A DNA stretch of 64,000 nt from Chloroflexota bacterium. GTDB lineage: Bacteria; Chloroflexota; Limnocylindria; Limnocylindrales; CSP1-4. A program made the position numbers and the translations under genes. Numbering within the stretch: position 1 is the first letter of the stretch; each line of letters begins with the position of its first letter. Below the pieces are notes generated by a model. It saw only the letters and a program-made list of their open reading frames with translations, was not told where the DNA came from and made no database searches. The DNA is taken from assembly GCA_003141245.1 (NCBI GenBank), contig PLLE01000046.1, forward strand, positions 62,841 through 126,840, in the 5' to 3' direction. Below are positions 1 to 10,292 of this stretch, piece after piece.

Positions 1-290
1 GCGGGGCGGGTGTCGGCTGCGATCCGCCGAAGTAGGTCAGGAGCTGGGTGGTCCGTGCCAGAACCACAATCAGGACGACGCCCAGGATCGCAAGCGGCAG
101 CCCAAACCGTCGAAGCGGACCGTGCGGCGCCAGCGACTGAACCTCCAGCGGCCCCGGCGGGACCTCGTCGCGCCGATCTCTCTCGTCCTCGAAATCGCGG
201 TCCCGCCAGCGCTTCATACGCGTCCCCGGCCGGCCGTGATGCGGGCAATCGTTGCGGCGTCGGGCATGGCTGGCGGATGCTCCGGGTGGG

Positions 291-1970
291 CTAGTCGAGC
301 TTGACGTGCTCGTGCCAGTGCGGCGCGAGCACCGGCAGCCCCAGGGCCGCGATCTTCGGCTCGATGGCCGCCTGTGCCTCCGGATCGCCATGGACGATGA
401 AGACCTCCCGCGGCACGCCAGGATCGCCGGTCTTTCGACCCTCGATGAAGTGGCTCAGCCAGGCCAGGATTTGCGGCTCGTCGGCATGGGCCGAGAACCC
501 GCTGATAGACCGCACTGCGCAGCGGACCTGGTACTCCTGGCCGCCGAGTCGGGCCGTCTTGACGCCCTGCTGCATGTGCGCCCCGAGCGTCGATTCGCCC
601 TGATAGCCCACGAACAGGATGATCGCCTTCGTATCGCCGATCAGCGTGTGCAGGTGGTTGAGGACGCGGCCGCCGGTGAGCATGCCGTTCGAGGCGACCA
701 GGACGTAGGGCCGTCGCGCTTGATCGATCTTTTCGGAGTCGGCAGCCAGGGGTGTCTCCTGCTCGTCAGGGAAGTCGATCGGGCCTTCGCCGCGGTCCAG
801 CAGTGCCAGCGTTTCGGCGTCGTAGTAGTCGCGGTGCTCGCGATAGATGGTCGAAGCCTTCGATGCCATCGGGGAGTCGAGGTAGAGCTTGATCTTCGGG
901 ATGCGGCCGGCGTCGAGGAGGTGCTGGAGGGCCCAGACGACCTCCTGAGTTCGGCCGATCGCGAACGACGGGATCAAGAGCACGCCGTTCTGGGCGATGA
1001 CGTCCTTGACGGCCTGTTCGAGCTGGGTGAGCGATTCTTCTTCCGGCTCGTGCTCGCGGCCGCCGTATGTCGACTCGACGAAAACGTAGTCGGCTTGCTT
1101 GATGACGGTGGGGTCGCGCAGGATCGGGGCGGCGGTGCGGCCCAGGTCGCCTGAGAAGACGAGGGTCCGTGCCGGGGTGTCTCCCTGTGCCTCGACGCGC
1201 AGCTCCACGATCGATGAGCCGAGAATGTGGCCCGCGTCGTGGAAGACGGCGGTGATGCCGGGTGCGACGGCGACGGTTGCTTCGTAGTCCACGGGCTTGA
1301 ACCGCGCCAGCGAGGTCTGGGCCTGCGCGACGTCATATATCGGTCCCTCGAGGACGAGGTTCGGGTGCGCGGGGCTGCCGGCCATGGAGGCCGCGTAGTT
1401 GGGGTGGCCGACAGGCGGGTAGCCGAGGCGCGTGCCCAGAGCCTGCTCGTCGTGAAGGGCCAGCTCATCTACACCCGAAGCCACGATGTGGCCGTCCGGC
1501 GTGAGGTCGCCCGGGTGCAGCGCAGTGATGGCGGTCGCCTCGTCTTCCTGCTCGGCGATCTGCTCCTGCTCCACGATATCGGCCAGGTCTTTCTGGTCCT
1601 CGCGCGCCGCCTTGTCCGGGTTCTTCACCGCCCAGTGGCGATGCCGCTTGGCGTACTCCTCCTGGAGTTTGCCCGAGTCGAGCAGCACCAGAGTCGCCAG
1701 TTCGATCGTGCCCCTGGTCGCGTAGATGGGCCCATTGAAGCCCTCGGCCACGACGTGCGGAATCAAGCCGCAGTGGTCCAGGTGGGCGTGGGTCAGGATG
1801 ATCGCGTCGAGGCTGGCGGGGTCGTAGGACAGAGGAACGCGATTGCGGACGACCTCGTGCGGGCCGCCCTGGAACATGCCGCAGTCGATCAGCACGTGGG
1901 CTCGATCGGTGATGAGGAGGAACTGGGATCCAGTGACTGTGTTGGCAGCGCCGAAGAAGCGGATTTCCAT
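291..1970 (-). CDS. MBL-fold metallo-hydrolase of the beta-CASP / RNA-processing type
   Basis: 559-aa ORF. HxHxDH motif in 'ILTHAHLDHCG'. The 'MEIRFFGAANTVTGS' N-terminus and C-terminal 'SGFSAHAD' are typical of beta-CASP nucleases. Confidence 0.8.
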   Translation of the reverse strand: MEIRFFGAANTVTGSQFLLITDRAHVLIDCGMFQGGPHEVVRNRVPLSYDPASLDAIILTHAHLDHCGLIPHVVAEGFNGPIYATRGTIELATLVLLDSGKLQEEYAKRHRHWAVKNPDKAAREDQKDLADIVEQEQIAEQEDEATAITALHPGDLTPDGHIVASGVDELALHDEQALGTRLGYPPVGHPNYAASMAGSPAHPNLVLEGPIYDVAQAQTSLARFKPVDYEATVAVAPGITAVFHDAGHILGSSIVELRVEAQGDTPARTLVFSGDLGRTAAPILRDPTVIKQADYVFVESTYGGREHEPEEESLTQLEQAVKDVIAQNGVLLIPSFAIGRTQEVVWALQHLLDAGRIPKIKLYLDSPMASKASTIYREHRDYYDAETLALLDRGEGPIDFPDEQETPLAADSEKIDQARRPYVLVASNGMLTGGRVLNHLHTLIGDTKAIILFVGYQGESTLGAHMQQGVKTARLGGQEYQVRCAVRSISGFSAHADEPQILAWLSHFIEGRKTGDPGVPREVFIVHGDPEAQAAIEPKIAALGLPVLAPHWHEHVKLD

Positions 1971-2327
1971 ACGCGCATACTGCCATCCAATCGGTTAGGG
2001 TGCGCGCCCGGCTCGGCGGCGGCCCGGTTTCGTCCGCGATACGCCTGGTGGACGTATCTGAGGCCGATAGGGAGTGATTTCAGTCAGTTACGCCTGTCGG
2101 GCGTGTCGGCCGCAGATCGGGCCCGTCTCGACGGATCCGCAGGTGCTCAGCGGGCTCGCGAGCTTGCGACCTGAGCGTGAGTCGACCTTCCGGAGTAGTC
2201 GTGGCAGCCAAGATTGGGCGCGAGTCGCGTCCAGCACGCCTGGTACGCGTATATTTCGGACACTGAGCGCTACGCAAGCGAACCGCATTCGGCCGAGCGT
2301 TTCGCGTCGCTTCTGCGTCTGTAGGGT

Positions 2328-2894
2328 GTGATGACCGATCGATGGCTCCCGCGCGCTTCTACGGGACCACTCTCGGTGCCCGATGCCGGCTGCGAACGGA
2401 CGGTGCATCTGCTGTACCAGCGCCGTTCGCAGGAGATGTTCGGCTTCGCCAGGCGTTTGGGGCTCGGTGACGAGGAGGCGTCCGATGCCGTACAGGAGAC
2501 GATGCTGCGCCTGTGGCGCGAGCTCGACTCCGGCGCGCAGATCGCCGACCCCGACGCCTGGGCCTTCCGGACGCTGTACCGGCTGGGCATCGACAGCCAC
2601 CGCCTGACACGACGGCTGCAAGGCCTGGTCGAGCGCATGGGCGGTGGGCTCGCCGGCGGTCTCGCTCACCTCGACGGCGACCCGGCGCGACGGGTCGAAG
2701 TCGATGCGGTCTGGCAGGCGGTCGATCGGCTGCCGGAGCGCCAGCGGGCGGTCCTCTATCTCCGTTATCGCGCCGATCTGCCCTACGAGCGGATCGGCCT
2801 TGCCCTTGGGATCACTCCGGGCGCCGCACGAGGCCACGCGTCCACCGGGCTCGGGACACTGCGACGGCGACTCCACGTTGAGGACGAACGATGA
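2328..2894 (+). CDS. ECF-type sigma-70 family RNA polymerase sigma factor
   Basis: Region 2 'EEASDAVQETMLRLW' and region 4 HTH 'LPYERIGLALGITPGAARGHASTGLGTLRRRL'. The stop overlaps the next start (ATGA at 2891). Exact start is uncertain. Confidence 0.8.
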   Translation: MMTDRWLPRASTGPLSVPDAGCERTVHLLYQRRSQEMFGFARRLGLGDEEASDAVQETMLRLWRELDSGAQIADPDAWAFRTLYRLGIDSHRLTRRLQGLVERMGGGLAGGLAHLDGDPARRVEVDAVWQAVDRLPERQRAVLYLRYRADLPYERIGLALGITPGAARGHASTGLGTLRRRLHVEDER

Positions 2895-4282
2895 ACAGCG
2901 ACGAACGGATCGAGGCTGCGCTGAAGCGCCAGCCGGCCGATGAGCGGGTCTACGACGAGCCGCTGGCGGCTCTGGTCAACGGCGAGGGCGTCCAGCGGGT
3001 GCGCCCGACGACGCGGTCGCGGGTTCGGACGGGCGCCCTGCCGGCGCTCGCGGCGGTCCTGGCCGTCGCGATCGGAGTCGGGGCGCTGGCGGTCGTCGGC
3101 CTGCCGGCCGTCGGCGGTCCGTCAGGTGCTCCGCGGACCGGCAGCGCGCCCGTGCCCGTTGCGTCGCTTCCGCTGATCGGATGCTGGGGCCAGGGGCCCG
3201 GCTTCTCGCCGGACCTTCTGACCGGGCCGGGGAGCGCCGAGACCGGCGATTCGGCGGCGGCCGCTGTGCTCCGGCAGTTCGTTAGCTCTCCGAACGGCTC
3301 AGACGCGCCGGCACACGGCTGGTATCTCATGGAGGCGACGTCGGACGAAGTCCAGTTCGTGGCCCGGGTTCCGAGCGGCGGGCCCCCGGATTTCTGGCAA
3401 GTCGTCGTGAACCGGGGGACGGCTGGGCAGTTCGTATCGGATGGCTGGTCGCTGGGTGGCTACGGAAGCTGTGTCCTTGAGACCGTGCCGCCCGCCGGCT
3501 ATGGCCCAGCGACGTGGACGCTCGATCCGTCCGTGCCCTTCGCCGCGGGGGCGAACGAGCTACACATCCTGGTTGCAGAGCAAAGCTGTCACGGCTCCGA
3601 CCCTACGGAAGTGGGTCGCATCCTTGCGAACGTCGCGTATACGGACCGGGACGTGGTCGTGACCGTCGTGGCGCGTTCCCCCGAGGGCGCCCAAACGTGT
3701 CCGGCGCCACCGCCCACGCCCTACGTGGTAGTGCTGGATCAGCCGGTAGGTAACCGAGACCTGCAGGATGGCGGCTCGTGGCTACCGCCGTCGATCGCGA
3801 CCGGCGGTCACGTGGTGGTGGTGCCGACGCCAACGCCCGAACCGAGCAACTGGCACATGCCGATGGACTGCACCGGCGAAGCGGACGGCCCCGGCTCCTT
3901 CAAGGCCGCGTCGATGAGCGCCGCCTTCGACGTCTACTGCGCTGCGCTGCCGGCCGGCTGGCATCGCGAATCCATGAGTGGCGACGAGCAAGTCGTGACC
4001 ACGGTCACCGTCAGCTACAGCGGACCTAACGGCGAGATCCTGACGCTGTCCGAAGGCGACTTGTGCAGCGGCGGGCTGAGCGTCTGCGCGCCGACCGGCA
4101 CGAGCGCGGGTACGGCCATGTTCGGCGATCGCGAGGGTCAGCTCTTCACGGTGCCGCCCGGCGCCGACTTTGCGCTGTACGTGGACCCCGGCAAGTCCCC
4201 ATCCTGGGAGGCAACCGGCAAGGGCATGAGCCTCGAGACGTTCAAGACGCTGACCTCCGCGCTGATCATCGTCGGGAAGTGA
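2891..4282 (+). CDS. membrane-anchored protein translationally coupled to the ECF sigma gene (candidate anti-sigma factor)
   Basis: 463-aa ORF with an ATGA overlap to the sigma gene. One hydrophobic span 'ALPALAAVLAVAIGVGALAVVGLPAV' follows a short N-terminal segment. I recognise no motif in the large C-terminal part. Confidence 0.55.
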   Translation: MNSDERIEAALKRQPADERVYDEPLAALVNGEGVQRVRPTTRSRVRTGALPALAAVLAVAIGVGALAVVGLPAVGGPSGAPRTGSAPVPVASLPLIGCWGQGPGFSPDLLTGPGSAETGDSAAAAVLRQFVSSPNGSDAPAHGWYLMEATSDEVQFVARVPSGGPPDFWQVVVNRGTAGQFVSDGWSLGGYGSCVLETVPPAGYGPATWTLDPSVPFAAGANELHILVAEQSCHGSDPTEVGRILANVAYTDRDVVVTVVARSPEGAQTCPAPPPTPYVVVLDQPVGNRDLQDGGSWLPPSIATGGHVVVVPTPTPEPSNWHMPMDCTGEADGPGSFKAASMSAAFDVYCAALPAGWHRESMSGDEQVVTTVTVSYSGPNGEILTLSEGDLCSGGLSVCAPTGTSAGTAMFGDREGQLFTVPPGADFALYVDPGKSPSWEATGKGMSLETFKTLTSALIIVGK

Positions 4283-4292
4283 CCCAACCGGC

Positions 4293-5138
4293 TCAGTCCG
4301 CCAGGTCGATGTAGACCGGGGCGTGGTCCGAGGGGAACTGGCCCTTGCGGGCGTCGCGGTCGATCTCGGCGGCGGTGCAGCGTTCGGCCACGGACCGCGT
4401 GACGTACAGGTGGTCGATGCGCATGCCAAGGCCCTTGTGGAAGTTGCCGGCGCGGTAATCCCACCACGAGAACTTGCCCGACTCCGGGTGGTGCAGGCGG
4501 TAGGCGTCCACCAGGCCCCAATCTCGGAGCGCGCCCACCGCTGATCGTTCGGCCTCCGAGACGTGGGTCGAGCCGACGAATTCGCGCGGGTCGTAGACGT
4601 CCTCGTCCTCGGGCGCGACGTTGAAGTCGCCGCCGATGGCCAGCGATTCGGCCGGATGGCAAGTCTCGCGCAGCCAGCGAGCCAGGCGGTCGAACCAGGC
4701 CAGCTTGGCCCGATAGAAGGGCGTATCGAGGGCTCGACCGTTGGGCGCGTAGATGCTGACGACGCGCACCCCGCCGCAGACCGCCGAGATCATCCGCGCC
4801 TCGTCGCCGGGAGCCTCCGACGCCCCGGCCCCGACGGCCTCGGCCGTCGCCGCCGTCGACGGCTCGGGCCCCGGAGAGCGGCGCACCGGCCCGTCGCCGA
4901 AGTTCGTGACCACGTCCGCGATCCCGACGCGGCTCGCGATGGCGACGCCGTTCCAGCGCCCCTCGCCGTGGTGGGCCAGCTCGTAGCCGGCCATCCGGAA
5001 CGGCATCTCCGGGGCCGCCTCGTCGGCGAGCTTCGTCTCTTGCATCAACAGAACGTCGGGGGCGCGCTGGGCGAGCCACTCCTCGACCCGCGGTAAACGG
5101 GCCTTGAGCGAGTTGACGTTCCAGGTCGCGATGCGCAT
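4293..5138 (-). CDS. xthA: exodeoxyribonuclease III (EEP family AP endonuclease)
   Basis: 281 aa. N-terminus 'MRIATWNVNSLKARL...LLMQETK' and C-terminal 'PSDHAPV' are hallmarks of ExoIII/APE1. Confidence 0.9.
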   Translation of the reverse strand: MRIATWNVNSLKARLPRVEEWLAQRAPDVLLMQETKLADEAAPEMPFRMAGYELAHHGEGRWNGVAIASRVGIADVVTNFGDGPVRRSPGPEPSTAATAEAVGAGASEAPGDEARMISAVCGGVRVVSIYAPNGRALDTPFYRAKLAWFDRLARWLRETCHPAESLAIGGDFNVAPEDEDVYDPREFVGSTHVSEAERSAVGALRDWGLVDAYRLHHPESGKFSWWDYRAGNFHKGLGMRIDHLYVTRSVAERCTAAEIDRDARKGQFPSDHAPVYIDLAD

Positions 5139-5185
5139 CAGCGCCTCCGAGTTGGCGGCTCCGGCCCCGGTCGCCTCGACTTCGC

Positions 5186-5872
5186 CTAGTAGCGCCGGCC
5201 CTTCTGTCGGGCGAAGTCGAACTTGGCCGTGTCGGCGATCCCCATGACCGCCATCGTGCCGGCCTGGACCGGGTCAGTGACCACCAGGTCCGCTACGTCC
5301 GGAACTGTGCCGGCCATGTTCAGCGAGATGACCGGAATCCCGAGCGTCTGAATCTCCTGGACCGCCCTGGTGATGTCGCCGCCCATGATCGAACCGGCGA
5401 GCAGGAGGGCTCGAGCCCGGTCGAGGTCGGCGACCGCCCGGACGGCCGCCGCGAGGTTCTCCTCGCCGACGAGCGGAATCGTGTCGACGCTGATCTTCTC
5501 GCCACGGAGGTTGTGGCGGTCCGCTTCGCTGACGGCCCCCAGCACGGCCTGGGCGATCTGCGCCCCGCCGCCGATGACGATGAGCCGTTTGCCGAAGACC
5601 CTGTCCAGGGACTTGGTCTTGCGGCAGCCCCGAAGGCCCGGCAGCTTGTCGAAGATCTCGGTGACGCGCTCGTCGGCCAGGCCTTCGACCTCCAGCTCGA
5701 TCTCGACCAGAGGCCCCGCCTCGGGGTCCGTCCAGCGGCGAACGGTGCTGAGAGTTCTGACGGTGCCGCCGGCCGCAGCCACTTGAGTGGCGATCTCCGC
5801 GATCGCGGCCGGGCGGTCGGCGTAGTCGAGGCGGACGGCGACGGTTGGGGAGGTGTGCTCGGTGCGCGCCAT
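5186..5872 (-). CDS. ACT-like N-terminal domain protein with C-terminal 'LIVIGGGAQIAQ' nucleotide-binding-like domain, function unknown
   Basis: The track ORF runs to 6166, but its first 98 aa are Arg/His-rich junk. The ATG at 5872 gives 228 aa starting 'MARTEHTSPTVAVRLDY'. Confidence 0.6.
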   Translation of the reverse strand: MARTEHTSPTVAVRLDYADRPAAIAEIATQVAAAGGTVRTLSTVRRWTDPEAGPLVEIELEVEGLADERVTEIFDKLPGLRGCRKTKSLDRVFGKRLIVIGGGAQIAQAVLGAVSEADRHNLRGEKISVDTIPLVGEENLAAAVRAVADLDRARALLLAGSIMGGDITRAVQEIQTLGIPVISLNMAGTVPDVADLVVTDPVQAGTMAVMGIADTAKFDFARQKGRRY

Positions 5873-5877
5873 CTCGT

Positions 5878-6159
5878 CTAGCTCCCGGCGCCCATGCCGC
5901 GATCGGTCAGGCCGGTCGCCCGCGACATCTCGTCGAGCGTGAGGCCCGCCTCGGGATCGTGCTCCTCGAACCCGAGCTTGAGCGACTCGAAGGCCTCTCG
6001 GGTTCCGGCCGCGTCGCTCGTGGTGAGCATGAGCGCGCCGTCGGTGTCCTCGGCGATCCCGACTATGGCCGTGATGTTGATGCCTCGCTCGCCGAGTGCC
6101 GTCGCCATACGCGCCAGCGCCCCGGGCTTGTCGTCGAGCTGAACGGTGAACCAGATCAC
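5878..6159 (-). CDS. small ACT-domain protein
   Basis: GTG at 6159 is preceded by GGAGGAGG (complement of 6166-6173). 'VIWFTVQLDDKPGALARMATALGERGINITAI' has the ACT beta-alpha-beta pattern. Confidence 0.65.
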   Translation of the reverse strand: MIWFTVQLDDKPGALARMATALGERGINITAIVGIAEDTDGALMLTTSDAAGTREAFESLKLGFEEHDPEAGLTLDEMSRATGLTDRGMGAGS

Positions 6160-6255
6160 GCCGCACCTCCTCCGTGGATGGTACCTGCTTGCGGGGCCGC
6201 GAGGACAGCGCCGAGAGCCGAGCCGCTCCGCGATCGCGTCGTTACTCTTCTCGCG

Positions 6256-6630
6256 ATGCCAGCACTCGCAGGACCCACCGTTCAGATGTTCGGGCTCGCC
6301 GACTCGCGCTCGACGCAGGCGGCGCTGCGGTTCTTCAAGGAGCGCCGCGTCAACGTCACGTTCGTCGACCTGAGACGCAAGCCGATCGCGCCAGGGGAGT
6401 TGCGCCGTTTCGTGGCGCGGCTGGGCGCGGCCTCGCTGCTGGACACGGAGGGGCGCCAGTACAAGGACCTGGGCCTGGGCTACATGCGGCTGGGCGACGA
6501 CGAGATCGTGGAGCGGCTGCTCGCCAACAACGGGCTGCTTCGGCTGCCCCTCGTGCGTTTCGGCAACGCATTCACCGCCGGCCCGGCCGACGCCACGTGG
6601 AAGACCTGGCTCGCCGGAACCGCGAAGTAG
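6256..6630 (+). CDS. ArsC/Spx/YffB-family thioredoxin-fold protein (no N-terminal Cys)
   Basis: 'VQMFGLADSRSTQAALRFFKERRVNVTFVDLRRKP...LLRLPLVRFGN' follows the family layout. The usual Cys position reads 'ADSRST'. Start is 6256 or 6286. Confidence 0.6.
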   Translation: MPALAGPTVQMFGLADSRSTQAALRFFKERRVNVTFVDLRRKPIAPGELRRFVARLGAASLLDTEGRQYKDLGLGYMRLGDDEIVERLLANNGLLRLPLVRFGNAFTAGPADATWKTWLAGTAK

Positions 6631-6713
6631 GCGCACCGCCGGAGACGCCTGGGCCGAAGCGGGGCTGGACCTGCTTTCAGGAGTCCTTGAGGAAGACGCC
6701 ATAAGATAAGGGC

Positions 6714-7250
6714 ATGGCCGAAATATCAGGACATGCCATAACGTTCGGTGAAATCGAGGCTCACGTTCAGGCGTTGGGTCAGCTCATGCCGAAGGGGCCG
6801 CCGGATTGGGCCAACAACGACCTCACGTTCGGCCAGCTGCGGCTTCTCTTCGTGCTTGGCCAATCCGGGCCCGTCTCGATCGGTCAGCTCGCCGACATGC
6901 TGGGTGTGACCGACGCTACCGCCTCGGAATTCGTCGATCGCGTGGAGCGCCGCGGTCTCGCCATCCGCAGCCACCGCGCCGACGACCGGCGCGTGGTCGA
7001 TTGCCGGCTAAGCGACGAAGGCGCTCGTCTGCTGGCTGAGATCCGGGGTGCCCGGCGAGAGGCCTTGCGACAGGTGCTCGCGCTCCTAACCGCCGCAGAG
7101 CTGGCCGAATTCGACCACTTGCTTCAAATCATGGCCGAGCGTTTGTCGGCCGCATTCCCATCGTCCGCCTCGACGGAAGGAGAGCCTCAAGTGAATCCCG
7201 GAACGCCACCCGCGAGCCCGGCACAGGATGCCGGCCGAGGACCGGCATGA
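6714..7250 (+). CDS. MarR-family transcriptional regulator
   Basis: Winged HTH 'GPVSIGQLADMLGVTDATASEFVDRVERRGLAIRSHRADDRRVV'. ATGA overlap with the downstream ABC ATPase. Confidence 0.8.
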   Translation: MAEISGHAITFGEIEAHVQALGQLMPKGPPDWANNDLTFGQLRLLFVLGQSGPVSIGQLADMLGVTDATASEFVDRVERRGLAIRSHRADDRRVVDCRLSDEGARLLAEIRGARREALRQVLALLTAAELAEFDHLLQIMAERLSAAFPSSASTEGEPQVNPGTPPASPAQDAGRGPA

Positions 7251-8254
7251 GCGGCATGGACGGCCTCGCCCTGGCGACTCGCGGCTTGCGCAAGAGCTAC
7301 GGATCCCGGCGCGCGCTCGACGGCCTAGACCTGTCGGTCCCGGCGGGCGTGGTCTACGGCTTCCTCGGCCCAAACGGCGCCGGCAAGACGACGACCATGC
7401 GAGTCCTGACCGGGCTGATCCACGCCGACGGCGGCACGGTCGAGCTGCTCGGCAGGCCGTTCAAGCGTGGAGATCGCCATCGCCTGTTCGAGGTGGGAGC
7501 GCTTGTCGAAGCGCCGACCTTCTACCCGTACCTCTCGGCCCGCGCCAACCTCCGTGAGCTGGCTGCCTCCGGCGCTCCGGTGCCTTCGAAGCGCATCGAG
7601 GAAGTGCTCGACCTCGCCGGTCTGTGCGACCGCGCCAACGACAAGGTCCAGGGTTACTCGATGGGCATGAAGCAGCGGCTCGGCATCGCGGCGGCGCTGC
7701 TCAGCGATCCCAAGTTGCTGCTGCTCGACGAGCCCGCCAACGGTCTCGACCCGGCCGGCATCGTGGCCATGCGCGACACGCTCAAGGCGCTCGCATCCCA
7801 GGGCAAGACGGTCTTCGTCTCAAGCCACCTCCTGGCTGAGATCCAGGTCATGGCCGATGTCGTGGGCATCATCGCGGCAGGAAAGCTGGTTCGCGAGGGT
7901 CCGCTGAAGGAACTCCTGTCGATGCAGGGAGTCGTCAAGGTCCGTGTCCGGCCGAACCTGGTGGACGCCGCCATCGAGACGCTCGCTCCCCTCGCCCCGG
8001 CCGAACGGCTCACTGAGACGGATCGCGATGAGGGCTGGCTGGCCGTGCGCCTCGCCACCGATCGCGCGGAGGAGGTCAATCAGAAGCTGGCCGGCGCGGG
8101 CATCTACGCCTCCGGCCTGGAGTCGGGCACCGACCTGGAGATGCTCTTCCTGGAGTTGACGGGCGGTCAGGGACCCTCGGGTGGCGAGGGTGCGTTCGTC
8201 GGCTTGGGCGGGCTCAACGGCGGCGCCCCCGCCGGAAAGGGGACCGCGGCATGA
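7247..8254 (+). CDS. ABC transporter ATP-binding protein
   Basis: Walker A 'GPNGAGKTT', signature 'YSMGMKQRL', Walker B 'LLLLDEP'. Confidence 0.9.
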   Translation: MSGMDGLALATRGLRKSYGSRRALDGLDLSVPAGVVYGFLGPNGAGKTTTMRVLTGLIHADGGTVELLGRPFKRGDRHRLFEVGALVEAPTFYPYLSARANLRELAASGAPVPSKRIEEVLDLAGLCDRANDKVQGYSMGMKQRLGIAAALLSDPKLLLLDEPANGLDPAGIVAMRDTLKALASQGKTVFVSSHLLAEIQVMADVVGIIAAGKLVREGPLKELLSMQGVVKVRVRPNLVDAAIETLAPLAPAERLTETDRDEGWLAVRLATDRAEEVNQKLAGAGIYASGLESGTDLEMLFLELTGGQGPSGGEGAFVGLGGLNGGAPAGKGTAA

Positions 8255-9078
8255 GGCTCTTCCTCTCGGGACTTCGAAAGCTGGTCCGCCGGCCGGCGAC
8301 CTTCGTGATCTTCGGCTTGCTGATTGGACTGCTGGTGCTGATCGTTCTGGCGGTCGGGGCCACGGCCAACAGCGGCATGGGCGCCGGCGGCGGTCCGAAC
8401 GGCCGCGCCGCGGCCAAGGAGCTGGTCACCTTCCCCGGTGCCTACGACCGGATGCTCCAATTCATCCTCGGCCTTGGCGGTCTCTTCGCGATGATCTACG
8501 GAGCGGCGATCGCGGGCTCCGAGTGGAGCTGGGGCACGCTCAAGTCGGCGGTGGCGCGCGGCGAGAGCCGTGTCCGCTACATGCTCTTCTCATTCGCTTC
8601 GATCGGTCTGATGATCGCCGTCGGACTGGTGATCGCCTTCGGGATTGCGGTGGTCGCGGCTGTGATCGGGGCCAACCTGGCCAACGTCTCGACGAGTGGC
8701 CTGGGCGACACGGCGACGCTCGGCCACCTGCCTGAGCGGCTTCTCAAAGGGTGGTTCGCAGTTCTCGAGGAGGCCGCTCTCGGGTTCACGATCGCCACCC
8801 TGGCGCGCAGTCAGCTGGCTGGCATCGGTGCGGGAATCGCCTTCTACTTCGGCGAGACTTTCGCCAGCATCTTCCTGCCAGACATCGTGAAGTACATGCC
8901 GTTCAGCGTAGCCAACGCGTCCGTGGCGACGGGATCGGGTCAGGGGTTCGGTGGCGGCGGTGGGGCGACGATCGCCACCCTGCCGGCTGACCAGGCTCTC
9001 CTCATGGTGGCCGTCTGGCTGGTAGGGTCCCTCTTCGTCGCCGCGCTCTACTCGGATCGCGCCGAGATATCCGGGTAG
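8251..9078 (+). CDS. ABC-2 type transporter permease
   Basis: 275-aa multi-TM ORF coupled (ATGA) to the ATPase gene. Confidence 0.75.
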   Translation: MRLFLSGLRKLVRRPATFVIFGLLIGLLVLIVLAVGATANSGMGAGGGPNGRAAAKELVTFPGAYDRMLQFILGLGGLFAMIYGAAIAGSEWSWGTLKSAVARGESRVRYMLFSFASIGLMIAVGLVIAFGIAVVAAVIGANLANVSTSGLGDTATLGHLPERLLKGWFAVLEEAALGFTIATLARSQLAGIGAGIAFYFGETFASIFLPDIVKYMPFSVANASVATGSGQGFGGGGGATIATLPADQALLMVAVWLVGSLFVAALYSDRAEISG

Positions 9079-9276
9079 GAGCCGTTGCCAGTCGTCTTCG
9101 TCTTCGTGTCGGGGGGCGTCGCGCCGCTTCCCGACGGGGCGTCGTGCCGCCCGTTGCCGTAGGTGATCAGATCGGCCGATCGGCCGATCTCTTGGGGAGT
9201 CGCCCGATGCGAAGTCGCCCGATGCGGAGGTGTCGTCATCGTGGCATCCTCTGACGGTAACGATCAGGAGAGACAG

Positions 9277-10227
9277 ATGCCTCATTCGCAGAACAAGAAG
9301 GGCAAGGGCGGCGGCCGGCCGAGCGAGCAGGAACTGCCCACGCCCTCGCAGGCCCAGGTGCCTTCGGGCTCTGAGGCCCCCAACCAGGCATCGTACGCCA
9401 ACGACGACGGCGCTCACGACGGCAACGGGAATCGCGAACGTCGCCGCAGCGGACGCGTGACCTATCGCCCCAAGGCGGAGGCGATGCTGACCGTGCACGC
9501 CCGAACCGAGGACGAGCGACTGCTCTCGCCGCGCCATCGGCCGGCCTTCCTCGACTCCGACCCGTGGCGCTCGCTGCGCATCCTGTCCGAGTTCGTGGAA
9601 GGGTTCGATGCCCTGGCGGCAGTCGGCAAGGCCGTCACGATCTTCGGTTCGGCTCGAGTGCCCGAGAGCGACCCCTACTACGCCAAGGCTCGGGAGCTGG
9701 CCGGGCTGCTCGCTGGCAGAGGCTTCGCCGTCATCACCGGCGGTGGGCCGGGCATCATGGAGGCCGCCAACCGGGGCTGCCACGAGGCGGGCGGGCTCTC
9801 GATCGGCTGCAACATCGAGCTGCCGCACGAGCAGTCGGTGAATGCCTACGTCGATCTGGGCGTCGAGTTCCGCTATTTCTTCGCCCGAAAGACGATGTTC
9901 GTGAAGTACGCGGACGCCTTCGCCATCTTCCCCGGCGGCTTCGGCACGCTCGACGAGCTGTTCGAGTCATTGACTCTCATCCAGACGGGCAAGATCCGCC
10001 ACTTCCCGGTCGTACTCGTGGGCCACGAATACTGGGCCGGCCTGCTCGAGTGGCTGCGCACCGACGCGGTACCGCGCGGGGCGATCGCGGCCGAAGACCT
10101 CGACCTGGTCCAATGCACCGACGACATGCAAGAGGCCTGCGCGATGCTGACCGCCGGCTCCACCCGTCGGGCCAAGGAGGCCGCCAAAGCGGACAAGGCG
10201 AGCGAACTGACCGCCGGACCCCGTTAG
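9277..10227 (+). CDS. LOG-family (TIGR00730-type) nucleotide phosphoribohydrolase with low-complexity N-terminal extension
   Basis: Motifs 'TIFGSARV', 'VITGGGPGIMEAANRG' and 'PGGFGTLDELFE'. ATG 9277 is preceded by AGGAGAG. Confidence 0.85.
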   Translation: MPHSQNKKGKGGGRPSEQELPTPSQAQVPSGSEAPNQASYANDDGAHDGNGNRERRRSGRVTYRPKAEAMLTVHARTEDERLLSPRHRPAFLDSDPWRSLRILSEFVEGFDALAAVGKAVTIFGSARVPESDPYYAKARELAGLLAGRGFAVITGGGPGIMEAANRGCHEAGGLSIGCNIELPHEQSVNAYVDLGVEFRYFFARKTMFVKYADAFAIFPGGFGTLDELFESLTLIQTGKIRHFPVVLVGHEYWAGLLEWLRTDAVPRGAIAAEDLDLVQCTDDMQEACAMLTAGSTRRAKEAAKADKASELTAGPR

Positions 10228-10292
10228 CTCCGACTGGGCCAGGCCGGGCGCAGCCCGAACGCGGTTGCGGGGCCAGCGGGCGCGGGTCCCGG

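Noticed and set aside
10-304. Small ORFs at the window start (10..294, 122..304)
   Set aside because: They are Arg/Pro/Ala-rich, with no RBS or motifs. This is probably intergenic or the downstream flank of the MBL gene.
2250-2327. An ECF-type autoregulatory promoter (GAAC..CGTT) upstream of the sigma gene
   Set aside because: The spacing between GAAC and CGTT is about 14 nt, shorter than the usual 16-17 nt. This is too weak to call.
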